A DNA stretch of 64,000 nucleotides from an uncultured Gammaproteobacteria bacterium. Lineage in GTDB: Bacteria; Patescibacteriota; Microgenomatia; UBA1406; GWC2-37-13. Position 1 is the first letter of the stretch, and the number at the start of each line of letters is the position of its first letter. This document shows positions 63,906 through 64,000 of the stretch, in pieces. The position numbers were made by a program, and so were the translations under genes. The notes beneath the pieces were generated by a model that saw only the letters and a program-made list of their open reading frames with translations, did not search any database and was not told the DNA's origin. The stretch spans positions 10,004 to 74,003 of the forward strand of contig CAYLLP010000001.1 in NCBI GenBank assembly GCA_964384955.1, written 5' to 3'.

Positions 63906-64000
63906 TTACCCGATGAGCTGGAGGTTGATGCGGCCTTGGCGGTCAATTTCGTAGACTTTGACCTTCACTTTTTGCCCGATCTTCACCACGTCTTCCGGGC
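63906..64000 (-). CDS. C-terminal end of an S1 RNA-binding-domain protein (PNPase-like); the 5' part lies beyond the right edge
   Basis: Hand translation of the reverse strand gives ...PEDVVKIGQKVKVKVYEIDRQGRINLQLIG with stop TAA at 63908-63906. This resembles the S1-domain tail of polynucleotide phosphorylase. Confidence 0.5.
   Translation of the reverse strand, partial: PEDVVKIGQKVKVKVYEIDRQGRINLQLIG

Overview
This window reads as a gene-dense chromosomal segment from a small-genome bacterium resembling Patescibacteria/CPR. The taxonomic guess is an inference from several trimmed-down core proteins, an archaeal-type AMP phosphorylase homologue and stand-alone receiver proteins. The genetic code is standard, and TGA is used as a stop in ATGA gene overlaps. 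About 55 kb is transcribed almost entirely from the minus strand. Left to right the content is: (1) the F-type ATP synthase operon (atpI-like, B, E, F, H, A and partial G); (2) dnaE and gatCAB; (3) an asparagine synthetase with an extra C-terminal ligase-like domain; (4) htpX-lemA and a PolX polymerase; (5) a signalling operon with a PAS-GAF sensor, yhhQ, a CHASE-PAS sensor, a histidine kinase and two single-domain response regulators; (6) tRNA-Gly, tRNA-Thr and tRNA-Val with envelope genes (an Ig-like protein, an O-antigen-ligase-like protein, a GT2 glycosyltransferase) and lepB; (7) rplU-rpmA, rodA and ileS; (8) an unusually large cell-wall and division cluster, described next; (9) murJ, an AMP-phosphorylase-like gene, mltG and an aspartokinase-like gene on the plus strand; (10) ftsK, two hypothetical genes and the 3' end of an S1-domain (PNPase-like) gene. 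The cell-wall cluster runs mraZ-rsmH-ftsL-ftsI-murE-pgeF-murC-murB-murA-glmU-like-yvcK-dgkA-mraY-[PNPOx-like, DUF5680-like, PP-loop MurL-like]-murD-ftsW-murG-ftsQ-ftsA-ftsZ. No transposase, integrase, cas gene or CRISPR array was seen. The observations most worth a second look are all read directly from the sequence: (a) six same-orientation AT-rich inverted-repeat elements built from CTAATT/AATTAG motifs, sitting between cistrons of minus-strand operons; (b) four hairpins with the same TCCCGAC/GTCGGGA stem bracketing tRNA-Gly; (c) a 500-bp non-coding region (62999-63499) almost tiled by about 11 hairpins or palindromes, including two sequence-related palindrome families and an orphan plus-strand terminator; (d) the AsnB/CofE-like fusion; (e) a PP-loop gene translationally coupled to murD that may be a MurL-type epimerase; (f) two output-less sensors ending in the same coiled-coil motif. 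All functional calls come from hand recognition of motifs. None has been checked against a database.
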